The position numbers were made by a program, and so were the translations under genes. Of a stretch of DNA of 64,000 nt, positions 27,517 through 38,004 are shown one piece after another (position 1 is the first letter of the stretch; each line of letters starts with the position of its first letter). The notes beneath the pieces were generated by a model. The model was given only the letters and a program-made list of their open reading frames with translations. It was not told where the DNA came from and ran no database searches. This stretch comes from an uncultured Candidatus Saccharibacteria bacterium (GTDB lineage: Bacteria; Patescibacteriota; Minisyncoccia; RBG-13-40-8-A). The stretch lies in NCBI GenBank assembly GCA_965231075.1, contig OZ246412.1, positions 321,587 to 385,586 of the forward strand, in the 5' to 3' direction.

Positions 27517-28707
27517 TTATCTGCCCGATATTTTTCTTAATTTTTCAATCACTTTTGGTAAAATTTTTACAAATTGATCTATTTCTGCGATAGTTGTATG
27601 CTTTCCCATGCTTATTCTAAGACTTGAGTGCGCATCTAATTCAATTAATCCCATGGCAATCAAAACATGTGATGGCAAGAGTGCCGTAGAAGTACAAGCC
27701 GAACCAGTTGAAACTGCGATTCCTTCTTGATCAAGGGCAATAACCAAACTTTCCCCCTCCACACCCAAAAAACTAAAATTAGCAATATTCGGTAATTGCT
27801 CTTCTGGCTTTCGAGAACCATTTAATTTACTTCCCTGTACATTGTTTAATACTCCTTTAACTAATCTATCTTTCAATTTTAACATCTCGGCAATCTCGGT
27901 TTTGGTGTGCTTAATTTGAGAGACCGCGGCACCCATGCCAACTATTCCGGCAACATTTTCTGTTCCTGCTCTTAATTTCCATTCCTGATCACCGCCAGAG
28001 ATTAATGGCATTATTGGCGTTCCTTCTTTAATATACAAAACCCCCACCCCCTTTGGTCCATAAATTTTATGGCCCGACAATGTAAGTAAGTGTACCCCCA
28101 AATTATCAACATCCAAATCCAACCAGTTAGCGGCCTGTACGGCATCAGTATGAAAATAGATTGGACGTTCTTCGACTTTATTAATCTCAGCAACCATCTT
28201 GCCGATTTTTTTAATCGATTGGATTGAACCAACTTCATTATTGGCATACATAATCGATATTAAATCAGTTTCTGGGACAATTTCTGCTTTTAAATCGTCT
28301 AAATTAATTAGTCCATCTGGACCTACCGGCAAATAAACAACTCTCACCCCCTCTTTTTCTAGTTCTTTAAAAACCTCTAAAACAGCCTTGTGTTCTATTT
28401 TTGTGGTGATTACATGGATTCTATCGCCAGCTTGTTTTTTGCGTCTAATGGCCTTAATTACGCCCCTAATAGCTAAATTGTCACTCTCTGATGCTGAGCC
28501 CGTAAAAATAACTTCTGTCGGTTTACAATTCAAAAATTTAGCCACTTTTTCTCTAGCGTCATCAATCGCTTCGCTTGCCTCTTGTCCGAATTTATGAATC
28601 GATGATGGGTTGCCATATTTGTTTTCCAAATACGGCATCATTTTCTTTAAAACAGAAGCGTCAAGAGGGGTTGTGGCGGCATAATCTAAATAGATTTTTT
28701 TGTTCAT
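27517..28707 (-). CDS. iscS: cysteine desulfurase
   Basis: YLDYAATTP, HTDAVQ, SGHKIYGPKG, STGSAC. Confidence 0.94.
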   Translation of the reverse strand: MNKKIYLDYAATTPLDASVLKKMMPYLENKYGNPSSIHKFGQEASEAIDDAREKVAKFLNCKPTEVIFTGSASESDNLAIRGVIKAIRRKKQAGDRIHVITTKIEHKAVLEVFKELEKEGVRVVYLPVGPDGLINLDDLKAEIVPETDLISIMYANNEVGSIQSIKKIGKMVAEINKVEERPIYFHTDAVQAANWLDLDVDNLGVHLLTLSGHKIYGPKGVGVLYIKEGTPIMPLISGGDQEWKLRAGTENVAGIVGMGAAVSQIKHTKTEIAEMLKLKDRLVKGVLNNVQGSKLNGSRKPEEQLPNIANFSFLGVEGESLVIALDQEGIAVSTGSACTSTALLPSHVLIAMGLIELDAHSSLRISMGKHTTIAEIDQFVKILPKVIEKLRKISGR

Positions 28708-28711
28708 ATGT

Positions 28712-29623
28712 TTATATTACCAAAATTCCCAGGCCTAGACAAATTAACAAAATTGCTACAATTTTCTGTAAAATTAATTCTCGACTAAATTGCTCTTTAA
28801 GACTAGGAATTTTCTTGAATAATATTAAGGCTAAAATTAAAATAAATACATATTGTAATCCTTGTAGGGCATTAGTTAAAACCACACTCCCCAAAAATAC
28901 CGCACCATATAAAAACAAACTTCCCAAAACATTCAAAACTCTTCCTAACATAAAAAATTTAGTTGTTTTTGGTTTTGCCTCTTTGGTGTTAACCAAAATT
29001 TCTTTTCGGTTCTTTTTAGAGAACAATAGAAATAGAGCGACTATCGCCACTCCTACTCTTACCCAAACTACCCCACTAATGAAGTTTGTCCCCAAAAATA
29101 AGTATTTTGTAATTACCCAAAAAAGAGCAAACAAGAACGAAGAAAAAACCACTGGCCAAAAAACTCCTTTATCGAAGAATTCATTCTTTTTGACTCCAAC
29201 GATTAAACTTCCTAGTACCAGTAATACAAAAGCGACTAATTGGTTTGTGGTAAGAAATTCTTTAATCCAGAAAGAATTTAATATTAAAACAAAAACCGAG
29301 CTAATGCCACCAACAAAGGGCACTAATCGAGAGACCTCGACTCGATTCAAGGCCCTATAAAAGATGATCATTGCCCAAATCTGAGAAATTCCGGCAACGA
29401 TGCTCCAAAAAATTTCTGAACCATTGGGCATTATAAATCTATTATTGGGGATTACTAAACCCAAGGGTATAAGAACTAATGTTGTAATGCCCATAAATCC
29501 AACCCAAAAAGTATATACGGTTGGATGTGGCATTGGCTTAACCAAAATGTATTTATCTAAAATAAATACTAGAGCATAAAATAGATGCGCCAATACTAAA
29601 ATTAAAATCCAGGAGATTATCAT
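28712..29623 (-). CDS. EamA/DMT-family transporter
   Basis: About 10 TM segments in two repeats. Confidence 0.75.
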   Translation of the reverse strand: MIISWILILVLAHLFYALVFILDKYILVKPMPHPTVYTFWVGFMGITTLVLIPLGLVIPNNRFIMPNGSEIFWSIVAGISQIWAMIIFYRALNRVEVSRLVPFVGGISSVFVLILNSFWIKEFLTTNQLVAFVLLVLGSLIVGVKKNEFFDKGVFWPVVFSSFLFALFWVITKYLFLGTNFISGVVWVRVGVAIVALFLLFSKKNRKEILVNTKEAKPKTTKFFMLGRVLNVLGSLFLYGAVFLGSVVLTNALQGLQYVFILILALILFKKIPSLKEQFSRELILQKIVAILLICLGLGILVI

Positions 29624-30768
29624 ATATTTATTGTATTGTTTTTACAAATTTCAGAGTAAATTTTGCTACTTTCGCGTGGAATGCGTTTTAAATTGTTGTT
29701 GCGGTCTATTTCCATTAACCCAAACCTCGGCCAAAAACCTTTATCCCATTCAAAGTTGTCTAACAGAGACCAGTGAAAATATCCCTTGATATCAGCGCCA
29801 TTTTCTATTGCTTTATGAATCCATTTTAAGTGATCAATAATGAATTTTGCGCGTTTTTCATCTTTTGCGTCAGCCAATCCGTTTTCTGTGACATAAATTG
29901 GTCTATTGTATTTTTTTAGATCCATTAAAACATGGTAAATTCCTTCGGGCACAATTTTCCATCCCATATCTGTGAGTTGATTGTTTGTTGTGTTCTGCTT
30001 AATCCTTAAGTGGTTTATAGCAGAAAATAAACTATGCGTGAAATAATAATTTAAGCCAATAAAATCATAATAATTTTTAATTTTATTTAGAAACCAATGG
30101 TTGTAAGTGTAGTCACCAAAAATTCTTATAATCCCTTTAAGCCAAGTATTGTTTGTGACTAAACCCACCTTTGAATCTGGCGCAACTTTTTTTATAATTT
30201 CGAAAGATGACTTGTGGGCTTTGACTAATTGTCTTGCGACTTTTATTGTTTTAATAATGTTCTTGGTGAATGGGGGCCAAACACCTTGTAAATAACAATT
30301 TGGCGCATATATATTCGGCTCATTTAATGTAATCCAGAATTTTACCGAATCTTTATATTCTGAAACAATTTTTTCTGTAAATCTAGCAAAATATTCTGGC
30401 GCTTTTGGGTTTAACCAGCCTCCTTTTTCTGTAAACCATATTGGCAATGTCCAGTGATATAAACCTACGAACGGTTCCAGTCCGCGTTGTTTTAGGGCCA
30501 AAATTACTTTTCTATAATGAGCAATTTCATTTTGATCAAATTTTCCTTCTTCGGGTTCAATTCGAGCCCACTCGATTGAAAATCTGTGGGCATTATTATT
30601 CATCGATTTTGCTAAATCGAAATCTTCTTCAAATCGATTATAGTGATCACAGGCGGTTTCCGCATCATATCTATTTCCGGCGTTAGACCAGTCGTTTTTA
30701 ATTCCTCCTTCAACTTGATATGAAGCAGTTGCCGTTCCCCAATAGAATTTATCAGGAAATTTTAACAT
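29620..30768 (-). CDS. glycoside hydrolase family 1 (beta-glucosidase-like)
   Basis: FYWGTATASYQVEG, TLNEP, VTENG, DNFEW. Confidence 0.94.
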   Translation of the reverse strand: MLKFPDKFYWGTATASYQVEGGIKNDWSNAGNRYDAETACDHYNRFEEDFDLAKSMNNNAHRFSIEWARIEPEEGKFDQNEIAHYRKVILALKQRGLEPFVGLYHWTLPIWFTEKGGWLNPKAPEYFARFTEKIVSEYKDSVKFWITLNEPNIYAPNCYLQGVWPPFTKNIIKTIKVARQLVKAHKSSFEIIKKVAPDSKVGLVTNNTWLKGIIRIFGDYTYNHWFLNKIKNYYDFIGLNYYFTHSLFSAINHLRIKQNTTNNQLTDMGWKIVPEGIYHVLMDLKKYNRPIYVTENGLADAKDEKRAKFIIDHLKWIHKAIENGADIKGYFHWSLLDNFEWDKGFWPRFGLMEIDRNNNLKRIPRESSKIYSEICKNNTINI

Positions 30769-31928
30769 TATTGTATGATCAAAATATTATTATAGTTCTC
30801 AGTTAAAACTGTCTCGGCTTTTTGGTTTTTAATATTCAACCTAATAATTTTAAACATATTCACTACATCACTATCTGATTTTTCAAGAAAATATAAATAA
30901 TTACTAGAATCTTCGTACCCTAACTGACTAATATAGCTTCCGGAATATAATTTTGTGTCTGTCTCTTTATATAGGTCAATTAAATGAATTGTTTCTTTCA
31001 CATTTTGACCACTAATCGTTTCTTGTTCTGTATAAAAAAATTCTTTTTCACTATCAGACCAAATTTTATCACTAATCCTGTCGGTGGTTAAAATTGGTTT
31101 GTATTCTTTGGTTTCGAAACTTCCTAAATATAATTCGGTAATTTCCTTTTCGTTCTTTTTGCTGTAAATTTCATATAGGAATAACTTTCCACTCGGTGAA
31201 AATTCTATGTTTTGACAATAAACCATACCCTCCCCACACCCCTTTGGTTCAATATATTCTATTTGCTTGGTTTGAACGTTTATTCTGCCCAGGGTCTTGT
31301 TGTTAACATCAAAAATTCCTTGGAAATAAATATAATCACCATCCCAACGTTTTAGTAAAACAACATTCTCTTCGAGGCTGAGCAAAAGTCTTGCATTTTC
31401 TCCGTCAACACGACTGATCCACAATTCTCTTTTTTCCCTGCTTTGTTCAATCTCTTCGTAGGTTGAACCCTGAACTTCTTTTATCCAGGCGATATTGTTG
31501 CTATCAGATGAAAAAACCATTGAAGTAGAATCGATTGGTTGTTCAATTTTTTTCTCTTTTCCGGTTTTTAAATTAACTAAAATTAAATCATAAAAAATCC
31601 TACTAGCAACCATGTTGTCTCCGAAATTTTCAATAATTTCTTCTTTATCCTTCTTTAAATAGATTAATTGTCGATTATCGTTCGAAATAAAAGATCTTTT
31701 TGGTGGCTTATATTTATTCAAATCAATTTCTTGGGCGTCGACAGTAATCACTTTTTCTCCTTCGCCACTACCATTTAATAGGAATAGGTCTGCTTTGTTT
31801 TTGTTTAAACGATAATAAAAAACCCCCGCACCTAATTGGGGAGCAAAAATTTTCCAGGCCAAAATGCCTAGAATAATACCTATTAATACAGCGATTAAAA
31901 CAAAGAAAGTTGTACGCTTCCTCTCCAT
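30768..31928 (-). CDS. membrane-anchored beta-propeller (TolB-like) protein
   Basis: N-terminal TM; FSSD/FSPSG/WSD repeats. Confidence 0.65.
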   Translation of the reverse strand: MERKRTTFFVLIAVLIGIILGILAWKIFAPQLGAGVFYYRLNKNKADLFLLNGSGEGEKVITVDAQEIDLNKYKPPKRSFISNDNRQLIYLKKDKEEIIENFGDNMVASRIFYDLILVNLKTGKEKKIEQPIDSTSMVFSSDSNNIAWIKEVQGSTYEEIEQSREKRELWISRVDGENARLLLSLEENVVLLKRWDGDYIYFQGIFDVNNKTLGRINVQTKQIEYIEPKGCGEGMVYCQNIEFSPSGKLFLYEIYSKKNEKEITELYLGSFETKEYKPILTTDRISDKIWSDSEKEFFYTEQETISGQNVKETIHLIDLYKETDTKLYSGSYISQLGYEDSSNYLYFLEKSDSDVVNMFKIIRLNIKNQKAETVLTENYNNILIIQ

Positions 31929-31987
31929 ATAAAATATATCCTATCACAATTTTAATCCCTGATCAATAAGTTATCCCCATGTTTCGT

Positions 31988-32015
31988 TTGACTTTCTCAT
32001 AAATTTTGTTACACT
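31988..32015 (+). promoter_or_regulatory. promoter of the large ncRNA candidate
   Basis: TTGACT-16 nt-TACACT with TGn extension. Confidence 0.7.
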
Positions 32016-32021
32016 TAAATT

Positions 32022-32466
32022 AGCGGTCCGATGGAGGAGGTGATCCAAGCATCTGACTTCGGTCCGATCCCACTGAAAGGAGAGTTATGACAATTTGATT
32101 GTCTAAGGTCGAGGCATTCGGTAAAATCCCACTGACCGGCCAAAGGAAGAGAGGAGGATACTGTTTGCTTGCGTAGGTGTACCTTCAAAGACATCGCCCT
32201 AATATAGGGGCACCGAGGATTGGTCTTAGGACCTCCGGACAATAGTCCCAGTGTATCGCGTTTCTTCGGAAATGCGAATGACTAGAGGATGAGTCCCCTC
32301 GAACAAAAGAGGCAATTGCCTAACGTTCACTTTTGCGTGCCGTGTGCACTGCATAAAGTACTCAAGAACCGTTAGGGTTCGCCTTACCTCCGGGTAAAAA
32401 TTAAAACCCGACAGGTCGCACCATAGGGGCCAAAAAAACAGGGCTTCTCCCGGCGGGAGAAGCCCT
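32022..32466 (+). ncRNA. large structured RNA candidate of unknown class with multiple SD motifs
   Basis: GC-richer, no long ORF, many hairpins incl. UUCG loops on + strand, 5'/3' long-range pairing, promoter and terminator. Confidence 0.7.
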
Positions 32467-32470
32467 TTAT
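32432..32470. terminator. bidirectional terminator between ncRNA and tyrS
   Basis: AGGGCTTCTCCC-GGC-GGGAGAAGCCCT with A-run before and T-rich after. Confidence 0.85.
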
Positions 32471-32493
32471 TATTTTAAAATTAGTATTTTATA

Positions 32494-33747
32494 TTATTTC
32501 CACGGACCCCAAAAATAATTTTTTTTACCCTTACGAATAATAACAAGGTCGTGTAGCCTGTCTTTTTTTGTTAAAACCATTCCCGTGTCGTTAACAAGAT
32601 TACCGTTTATAGTTACTGAATTGCTCAAAATAAACTCTTTCGCCTCCCTTTTAGATTCGACGACTTTGGCATCAACCAAAAGGTCAATCGGTTGAATACT
32701 TTCTTTGTTTTTATCAATTTCGAAATGAAATGGGCTACTAAACGCATTATAGGTATCTTTTTTTGAAAGCTTTTTAATGTCTCCCCCAAACAGAACATTG
32801 GTAATCTCCTCTGCCTTTTTTAGTTCTTTTTCTCCGTGAATCATTTTGGTTAATTCTCGGGCCAAAACCTTTTGCGCAACTCGATTTTGAGGATTCTTTG
32901 CTACTTCTTCGGTTTCTAATCTTGAGATCTCTTCGTTTGATAAAAACGTAAAATATTTTATAAAATTAATCACTTCTTTGTCGTCGACATTGATCCAGAA
33001 TTGATAAAATTGGTACGGGCTAGTTTTTTTGGCATCAAGCCAGATTGCCCCAGTTTCAGTTTTCCCAAACTTAGAACCATCAGACTTGGTAATCAGGGGA
33101 ATGGTTAGTGCGAACACCTCTTTTTGTTCTGTTTTACGAATTAAATCAATTCCCGCCGTAATATTTCCCCACTGATCACTTCCACCAATTTGGAGTTCAC
33201 AATTGTATTTTTTATAAAGATTCAAAAAGTCATACGACTGCAAAAGCATATAACTAAACTCTGTAAAAGAAATTCCCGTCTCAATTCGTGACTTAATCGA
33301 TTCCTTGGCCAACATTGCACCAATTGAAAAATGTTTACCAACATCACGAATAAAATCAATCATTTTAACTTCGCCCAGCCAATCAATATTGCCAACAACT
33401 TTTGTTCTTCTGCCATCAAATGACATTGTATTTTCTATCTGCTTTTTAATCTCTTTTGACCAGGTGTCTACTGTTTTTTTGGAATTTAAGACTCTTTCTG
33501 ATTTTTTTCCGCTCGGATCACCAATTAAGCTTGTGCCGTTACCTAAAAGCACAATTGGTTGATGACCAGCCATTTGAAATCGTTTTAATGTCAATAGTGG
33601 CAAAAGATTCCCAACATGCAAACTGTCTGCGGTTACATCAAAACCACAATACAAAACACACGACTTTTCCAATCGTTTTCTTAAAACATCAATATCGGTA
33701 GTTTGATTTAATAATCCCCTAAATTTTAAATCTTCTAATATATGCAT
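32494..33747 (-). CDS. tyrS: tyrosyl-tRNA synthetase
   Basis: YCGFD.TADSLHVGN, QIGGSDQWGNI, KFGKT; start at ATG 33747. Confidence 0.97.
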   Translation of the reverse strand: MHILEDLKFRGLLNQTTDIDVLRKRLEKSCVLYCGFDVTADSLHVGNLLPLLTLKRFQMAGHQPIVLLGNGTSLIGDPSGKKSERVLNSKKTVDTWSKEIKKQIENTMSFDGRRTKVVGNIDWLGEVKMIDFIRDVGKHFSIGAMLAKESIKSRIETGISFTEFSYMLLQSYDFLNLYKKYNCELQIGGSDQWGNITAGIDLIRKTEQKEVFALTIPLITKSDGSKFGKTETGAIWLDAKKTSPYQFYQFWINVDDKEVINFIKYFTFLSNEEISRLETEEVAKNPQNRVAQKVLARELTKMIHGEKELKKAEEITNVLFGGDIKKLSKKDTYNAFSSPFHFEIDKNKESIQPIDLLVDAKVVESKREAKEFILSNSVTINGNLVNDTGMVLTKKDRLHDLVIIRKGKKNYFWGPWK

Positions 33748-33767
33748 GATTTTATTATACAATTCTG

Positions 33768-33838
33768 CTGCGGGACCTGGATTCGAACCAAGATCGACTC
33801 CTTCAAAGGGAGCTGTCCTACCATTAGACGATCCCGCA
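33768..33838 (-). tRNA. tRNA-Gln(TTG), CCA not encoded
   Basis: TGCGGGATCGTCTAATGGTAGGAC...GCTCC-CTTTGAA-GGAGT...GGTTCGAATCC...TCCCGCAG. Confidence 0.93.
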
Positions 33839-33842
33839 ATAT

Positions 33843-34940
33843 TTACCTTTCACAGATTTCTACTACCGCTAATTCCATATTGATTTGCTGGAAAGATGAA
33901 CGTTTCATATCATACAACGTCTGAATTAAAATTTCAATGGTTTTGGACAGTTCCTGCAAAGAAAATTGTTCAGCTTGTTTTGTCGCTGTGCCTAATTGTT
34001 CGGCACTCAATTCTTCTTTGATTAATTTTGACAAATCATTGCTCACTCTTAATAGCATCAGTTTCCTAAAATAATTTATCAAAGATTCCATAAATTGTAC
34101 TAAATCATAACCTTGATTTACAAACTTATCAACAAACGACAATGCCTCTTTGGAGTCTTTTTTGGCTAAAATTTCTACAAGTTTAATCGCCAGATTAATA
34201 TCTACAATTCCCAAAATATGTTCGATATCCTCAATCGTAATTTCTTTGTCTCCGGAAAACGCAATCGCCTGCCCCAACATGCTTTCGGCATCTCTCATAA
34301 ATCCTTCTGAATTTAAGGCGATGATTCTTAATGCTTTATCGCTAATTTTAACCTGCTCTTTTTTGGCAACAATTTCCAGTTTTTTAATTACGTCTGCTAA
34401 GGAAAGCTTTTTAAAATCAAACCTCTGTACACGCGATAGAATCGTTGGTAACATCTTGTGCGCCTCAGTTGTAGCTAAAATGAAAATTGCATGCGCTGGG
34501 GGCTCTTCTAGGGTCTTTAGAAGCGCATTAAACGCTTCCTTGGTTAGTTGATGAGCTTCATCAATCACAAACACCTTATACTTGCTATGTGTTGGCGCAA
34601 ATCTAATTCTTTCACGCAATTCCCTAATCTCATCAATCCCGCGGTTAGAAGCAGCATCAATTTCAATTAAATCCATAGCTCGATTTTCTATGATTTCTAC
34701 GCAGGATTCACATTTATTGCAAGGCTCATAACTAGAAGTGTCTGTACAGTTTACGGCCTTAGCCAAAAGACGAGCAATAGTTGTTTTTCCTGTACCGCGT
34801 GGACCCGCAAATAAATAAGCGTGCGCAATTTTATTATTATTAATTGCGTTAATTAAGGTTTTCACGACGTGTTCTTGTCCGACAACGTCAGAAAATTTTT
34901 GCGGTCGATATTTACGATAGATTGCTAGGTTGTTCTCCAT
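33843..34940 (-). CDS. dnaX: DNA polymerase III gamma/tau (short form)
   Basis: YRKYRPQ.F, GPRGTGKTT, EIDAASNRG, NALLKTLEEPP. Confidence 0.95.
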   Translation of the reverse strand: MENNLAIYRKYRPQKFSDVVGQEHVVKTLINAINNNKIAHAYLFAGPRGTGKTTIARLLAKAVNCTDTSSYEPCNKCESCVEIIENRAMDLIEIDAASNRGIDEIRELRERIRFAPTHSKYKVFVIDEAHQLTKEAFNALLKTLEEPPAHAIFILATTEAHKMLPTILSRVQRFDFKKLSLADVIKKLEIVAKKEQVKISDKALRIIALNSEGFMRDAESMLGQAIAFSGDKEITIEDIEHILGIVDINLAIKLVEILAKKDSKEALSFVDKFVNQGYDLVQFMESLINYFRKLMLLRVSNDLSKLIKEELSAEQLGTATKQAEQFSLQELSKTIEILIQTLYDMKRSSFQQINMELAVVEICER

Positions 34941-35535
34941 TTTTTTCTTTAAACACAATCAATTTATAACCAATAAAGTTCCATGCTAACGATATCACAG
35001 TTGCTATAATTTTTACAACATTTATCCATGCGCTCTGATTTAGATTAAACATCGGATTAACCAAGCTACTTAGAGCGTAAACAATACCAGTGTTGATAAA
35101 TACTCCAATTATACTAACTATTAAAAATTGGATGAATTGGGTAGCGCTGTTGGTTTTGTCACCGGATTTAAATGTCCAAAATTTATTCCAAAAATAACTA
35201 TGTGTTACAGCAATCAGAAACGAAATCGTATTAAACAATACAATTGTTTTTCCGTTGTTTATTCCACTAGACCACATTAATAGATTTAATACGCCAAAAT
35301 CAACAGCGGTGTTGGCCAAACCGACGATGGCATATTTAGCAAGTTGAAAAATAATTGATATCTTCTTGCCGACTAAATATGCAATATAAATTCCGGTTAT
35401 CGCCAAAATTGGCAATACCACAAACAAAATTCCTAGCGGGAAAAAATTAAATTGCAATGATTTCAAAATAAAAAACAAAAACAGCGCAATAATTTCACTT
35501 AAAACAAAAACCACGATCAAGTCTTTTTTTTTCAT
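34912..35535 (-). CDS. GtrA-family membrane protein
   Basis: KYAIVG..NT.VD, SYFWNKFWTF, WNF.GYK..VF. Confidence 0.88.
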   Translation of the reverse strand: MKKKDLIVVFVLSEIIALFLFFILKSLQFNFFPLGILFVVLPILAITGIYIAYLVGKKISIIFQLAKYAIVGLANTAVDFGVLNLLMWSSGINNGKTIVLFNTISFLIAVTHSYFWNKFWTFKSGDKTNSATQFIQFLIVSIIGVFINTGIVYALSSLVNPMFNLNQSAWINVVKIIATVISLAWNFIGYKLIVFKEKNGEQPSNLS

Positions 35536-35546
35536 AAAGTTTGTTT

Positions 35547-37994
35547 TTACCTTAGATCCAATTCTTCCGGAAGGGTGTCGGCTCCTCGAGAATAAGAAAT
35601 TTTGTCAGAAATTTTTGATCTCTCAAAAATCTCTTTTTCTACAACTGCTTTATCTCGACCATATTTCAGACGAGATAGTTCTTTAATTTTCTCGGCGATC
35701 AGTGGATCACCCTTGGCTGGCGAGTTTGCCTTCATATTAAACGGCACACTAACCATATTATTAATTAATAATTTGACGTAAGCATTAAAATTATCAATAT
35801 TTACGATATCTTGTTGATCAAAAACTGGTTCGAATTGTTTAACCAAAAATTCTGCGTCTTCCGCGCCGACTCGATAAACTGCCATACTGCCAACATTGCC
35901 AAAAACCGCATCCTTAATCTTGTCTTCTAATTGTCCAATGAATTGATGTGCAAGAATTAAATTCAATTTAAATTTTCTTGCCTCAGATAATATTGTGGCA
36001 ATAGTATCGGTTGTAAAATTTTGAAATTCATCAATATAAAGATAAAAATCTTCTAGATTTTTGGCGTTTGTATCGACCCTAGAGAACGCTGCCATCAGAA
36101 ATCTACCAACAATGATTAAACCCAACAAATAACTGTTTATATCTCCCAGGCGCCCTTTCGATAAATTAGCTAAGAAAATTTTCTTTTCGTCCATGATTTT
36201 CCTAAAATCAAAAGCGCTTTTTTGTTGACACAAAATTGGGCGCATAATATCATTGGCCAAAAACACATTTGTTTTAGAGGTAATATAAGGAACCATGTTT
36301 GCCAAAGACGCTTCTCCTCCGGCTTTCTCAGCCTCCTTCTCCCAAAAATCTTTAACTACAATATTGTTGGTTTTGGAAAGCTTGTATTTCCTGAATTGTG
36401 GATCAGCCAATACTTTAGGAACCTCTAAAAGCGTTGCGCCAGACGCAATATCGTCCATAACTAGAAGTATTGCGCCTCGCATATATTGTTGAAACATTGG
36501 ACCCATTGCTTCTAATGACTCTGGAAAAACTTTTCTAAAAATATTGAGCATTTCATTAGAGAGAAATGTTTTCTGTTCGGGAAAATTGGGATCGTATTCA
36601 AGCATATTCAAACCCATCGGTCTTTCTGTGTCCCCAGGATTAAAATAAATTACATCTTCGGCACGTTCTGGTGGGATCATCCCCAAGAGTTCTTCAACGT
36701 CCTTGCCATGAGGATCGATATAACAAACCCCTTTCCCTGCCAAAATATCTTGCTTGATCATGTTTATCGCCAAAGTGGTTTTACCGGTACCAGTCTGTCC
36801 AATAATGTAAAAATGTCTGCGTCTATCGTCATCGGTCATCCTAATTTCTGTTTCTTCTCCTCTGAAAATGTTTTTACCAAGAATCACCCCCTCTTTGGGC
36901 AAAACTGTTGGTGGACATGATTCTTTTGACTTAAGCCACTTCAATTTCGGTGAACTTAAATTAGTTAGTGGAAAATGAAAAACACTAGCAATTTCCTCGC
37001 TATTTAAAACTAATCTCTGTTTACGTTCAAATAACCTAAACGAAAAACTAAAGAAAAGTTTTTTTAATCCACTCTTTTTCATTTTTTCTAGTTTGAAAGA
37101 GTTTAAATTTGGCGAACTAAACTGCTGAAACGAACCACTGAGGTGCGACAATAATTCATCCGACCTGTCTTTGGTTTTGGAAGAAAACAAGAGACGAATA
37201 TTAACTTCAAATCCAGTTTTAGAAATTTTTGATTGCAAACTTTTAATTATCTCTTCGTCAACGGGCGATGTTCTCGGTTGAACAACTGGCGCATCTTTTT
37301 CTTGTTTTTTCTTGGGCTTGTTTTTGAGCGCGTCCTTAAAACTTTGACCCTGATTCATCTTTTGGATTATGTTTAATCCAAATTTTGCCCAATTTTTTCC
37401 CGCCACCTTCAAAACGATCTGCACCGCTCCACCTTCACCGTTTTCCGCTATTTTACTTAGGGCTGTAGAAAGATTCTCTAGTGGATCAATCTCTAATTCT
37501 TTGTAGGTTTTAATTGGCAAAACACTATTCTTGTCTAATTTCAAAAATCCGCCCGATGATTCTCCTTCGGGATTAAAAATATTGTAGTCTTCTGTTTTTT
37601 GTACGATCGCTTTGGGATAGAATCCATAAATTTGTTTTTCTAGAAAATTATCATATTTCTTAGGCACGGCAACATAAAAAGAAATTTCTGAGCCAGAAAA
37701 TGGAACTGCCATTTCTAAAACAATATAAGGTTGGCCATATTTTGCTTTTTTTTCGTACAGTGCGCCCAGACTCGACAAAAACTGCTCCATTACAGCAATT
37801 CGATTCTTCCTTTCGTCCGCAGATAAATCTTGTTTGGCTTCTCTGGGGATTCTAACCAAAAATAGGCTCATGTCTAGGGCCTTGATAATTATTTTTCTTC
37901 CTCGCGATTTATCGATAATAAAAATCAAAAACAACCCTCCCAACAAGAGAGCTATGAAACCCGACACGATATATACGAGCTGCATCGTAGTCAT
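35547..37994 (-). CDS. CPR-type VirB4/TraG(VirD4)-like ATPase, fused form with N-terminal membrane domain
   Basis: RHFYIIGQTGTGKT, IDPHG, YIDEFQNF, LSEARK, AHQF, GNVG. Confidence 0.85.
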   Translation of the reverse strand: MTTMQLVYIVSGFIALLLGGLFLIFIIDKSRGRKIIIKALDMSLFLVRIPREAKQDLSADERKNRIAVMEQFLSSLGALYEKKAKYGQPYIVLEMAVPFSGSEISFYVAVPKKYDNFLEKQIYGFYPKAIVQKTEDYNIFNPEGESSGGFLKLDKNSVLPIKTYKELEIDPLENLSTALSKIAENGEGGAVQIVLKVAGKNWAKFGLNIIQKMNQGQSFKDALKNKPKKKQEKDAPVVQPRTSPVDEEIIKSLQSKISKTGFEVNIRLLFSSKTKDRSDELLSHLSGSFQQFSSPNLNSFKLEKMKKSGLKKLFFSFSFRLFERKQRLVLNSEEIASVFHFPLTNLSSPKLKWLKSKESCPPTVLPKEGVILGKNIFRGEETEIRMTDDDRRRHFYIIGQTGTGKTTLAINMIKQDILAGKGVCYIDPHGKDVEELLGMIPPERAEDVIYFNPGDTERPMGLNMLEYDPNFPEQKTFLSNEMLNIFRKVFPESLEAMGPMFQQYMRGAILLVMDDIASGATLLEVPKVLADPQFRKYKLSKTNNIVVKDFWEKEAEKAGGEASLANMVPYITSKTNVFLANDIMRPILCQQKSAFDFRKIMDEKKIFLANLSKGRLGDINSYLLGLIIVGRFLMAAFSRVDTNAKNLEDFYLYIDEFQNFTTDTIATILSEARKFKLNLILAHQFIGQLEDKIKDAVFGNVGSMAVYRVGAEDAEFLVKQFEPVFDQQDIVNIDNFNAYVKLLINNMVSVPFNMKANSPAKGDPLIAEKIKELSRLKYGRDKAVVEKEIFERSKISDKISYSRGADTLPEELDLR

Positions 37995-38004
37995 TAATTT
38001 GAAT

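Noticed and set aside
28575-29360. 261-aa plus-strand ORF
   Set aside because: Antisense shadow of the hydrophobic EamA gene, K/N/T-rich, no motifs
32022-32430. tmRNA, RNase P RNA or group I/II intron as identity of the large RNA; 75-aa minus-strand ORF 32015..32242
   Set aside because: No GGGG...T-arm-CCA tRNA-like domain or tag-like frame, no GAGGAAAGUCC, no domain V, and group I R/S-like words are in the wrong order; UUCG loops and promoter favour a + strand RNA. Rfam search is still needed
33843-34940. dnaX lacking the tau C-terminal domains
   Set aside because: Ends cleanly before tRNA-Gln with no frameshifted continuation; a short form is unremarkable in reduced genomes
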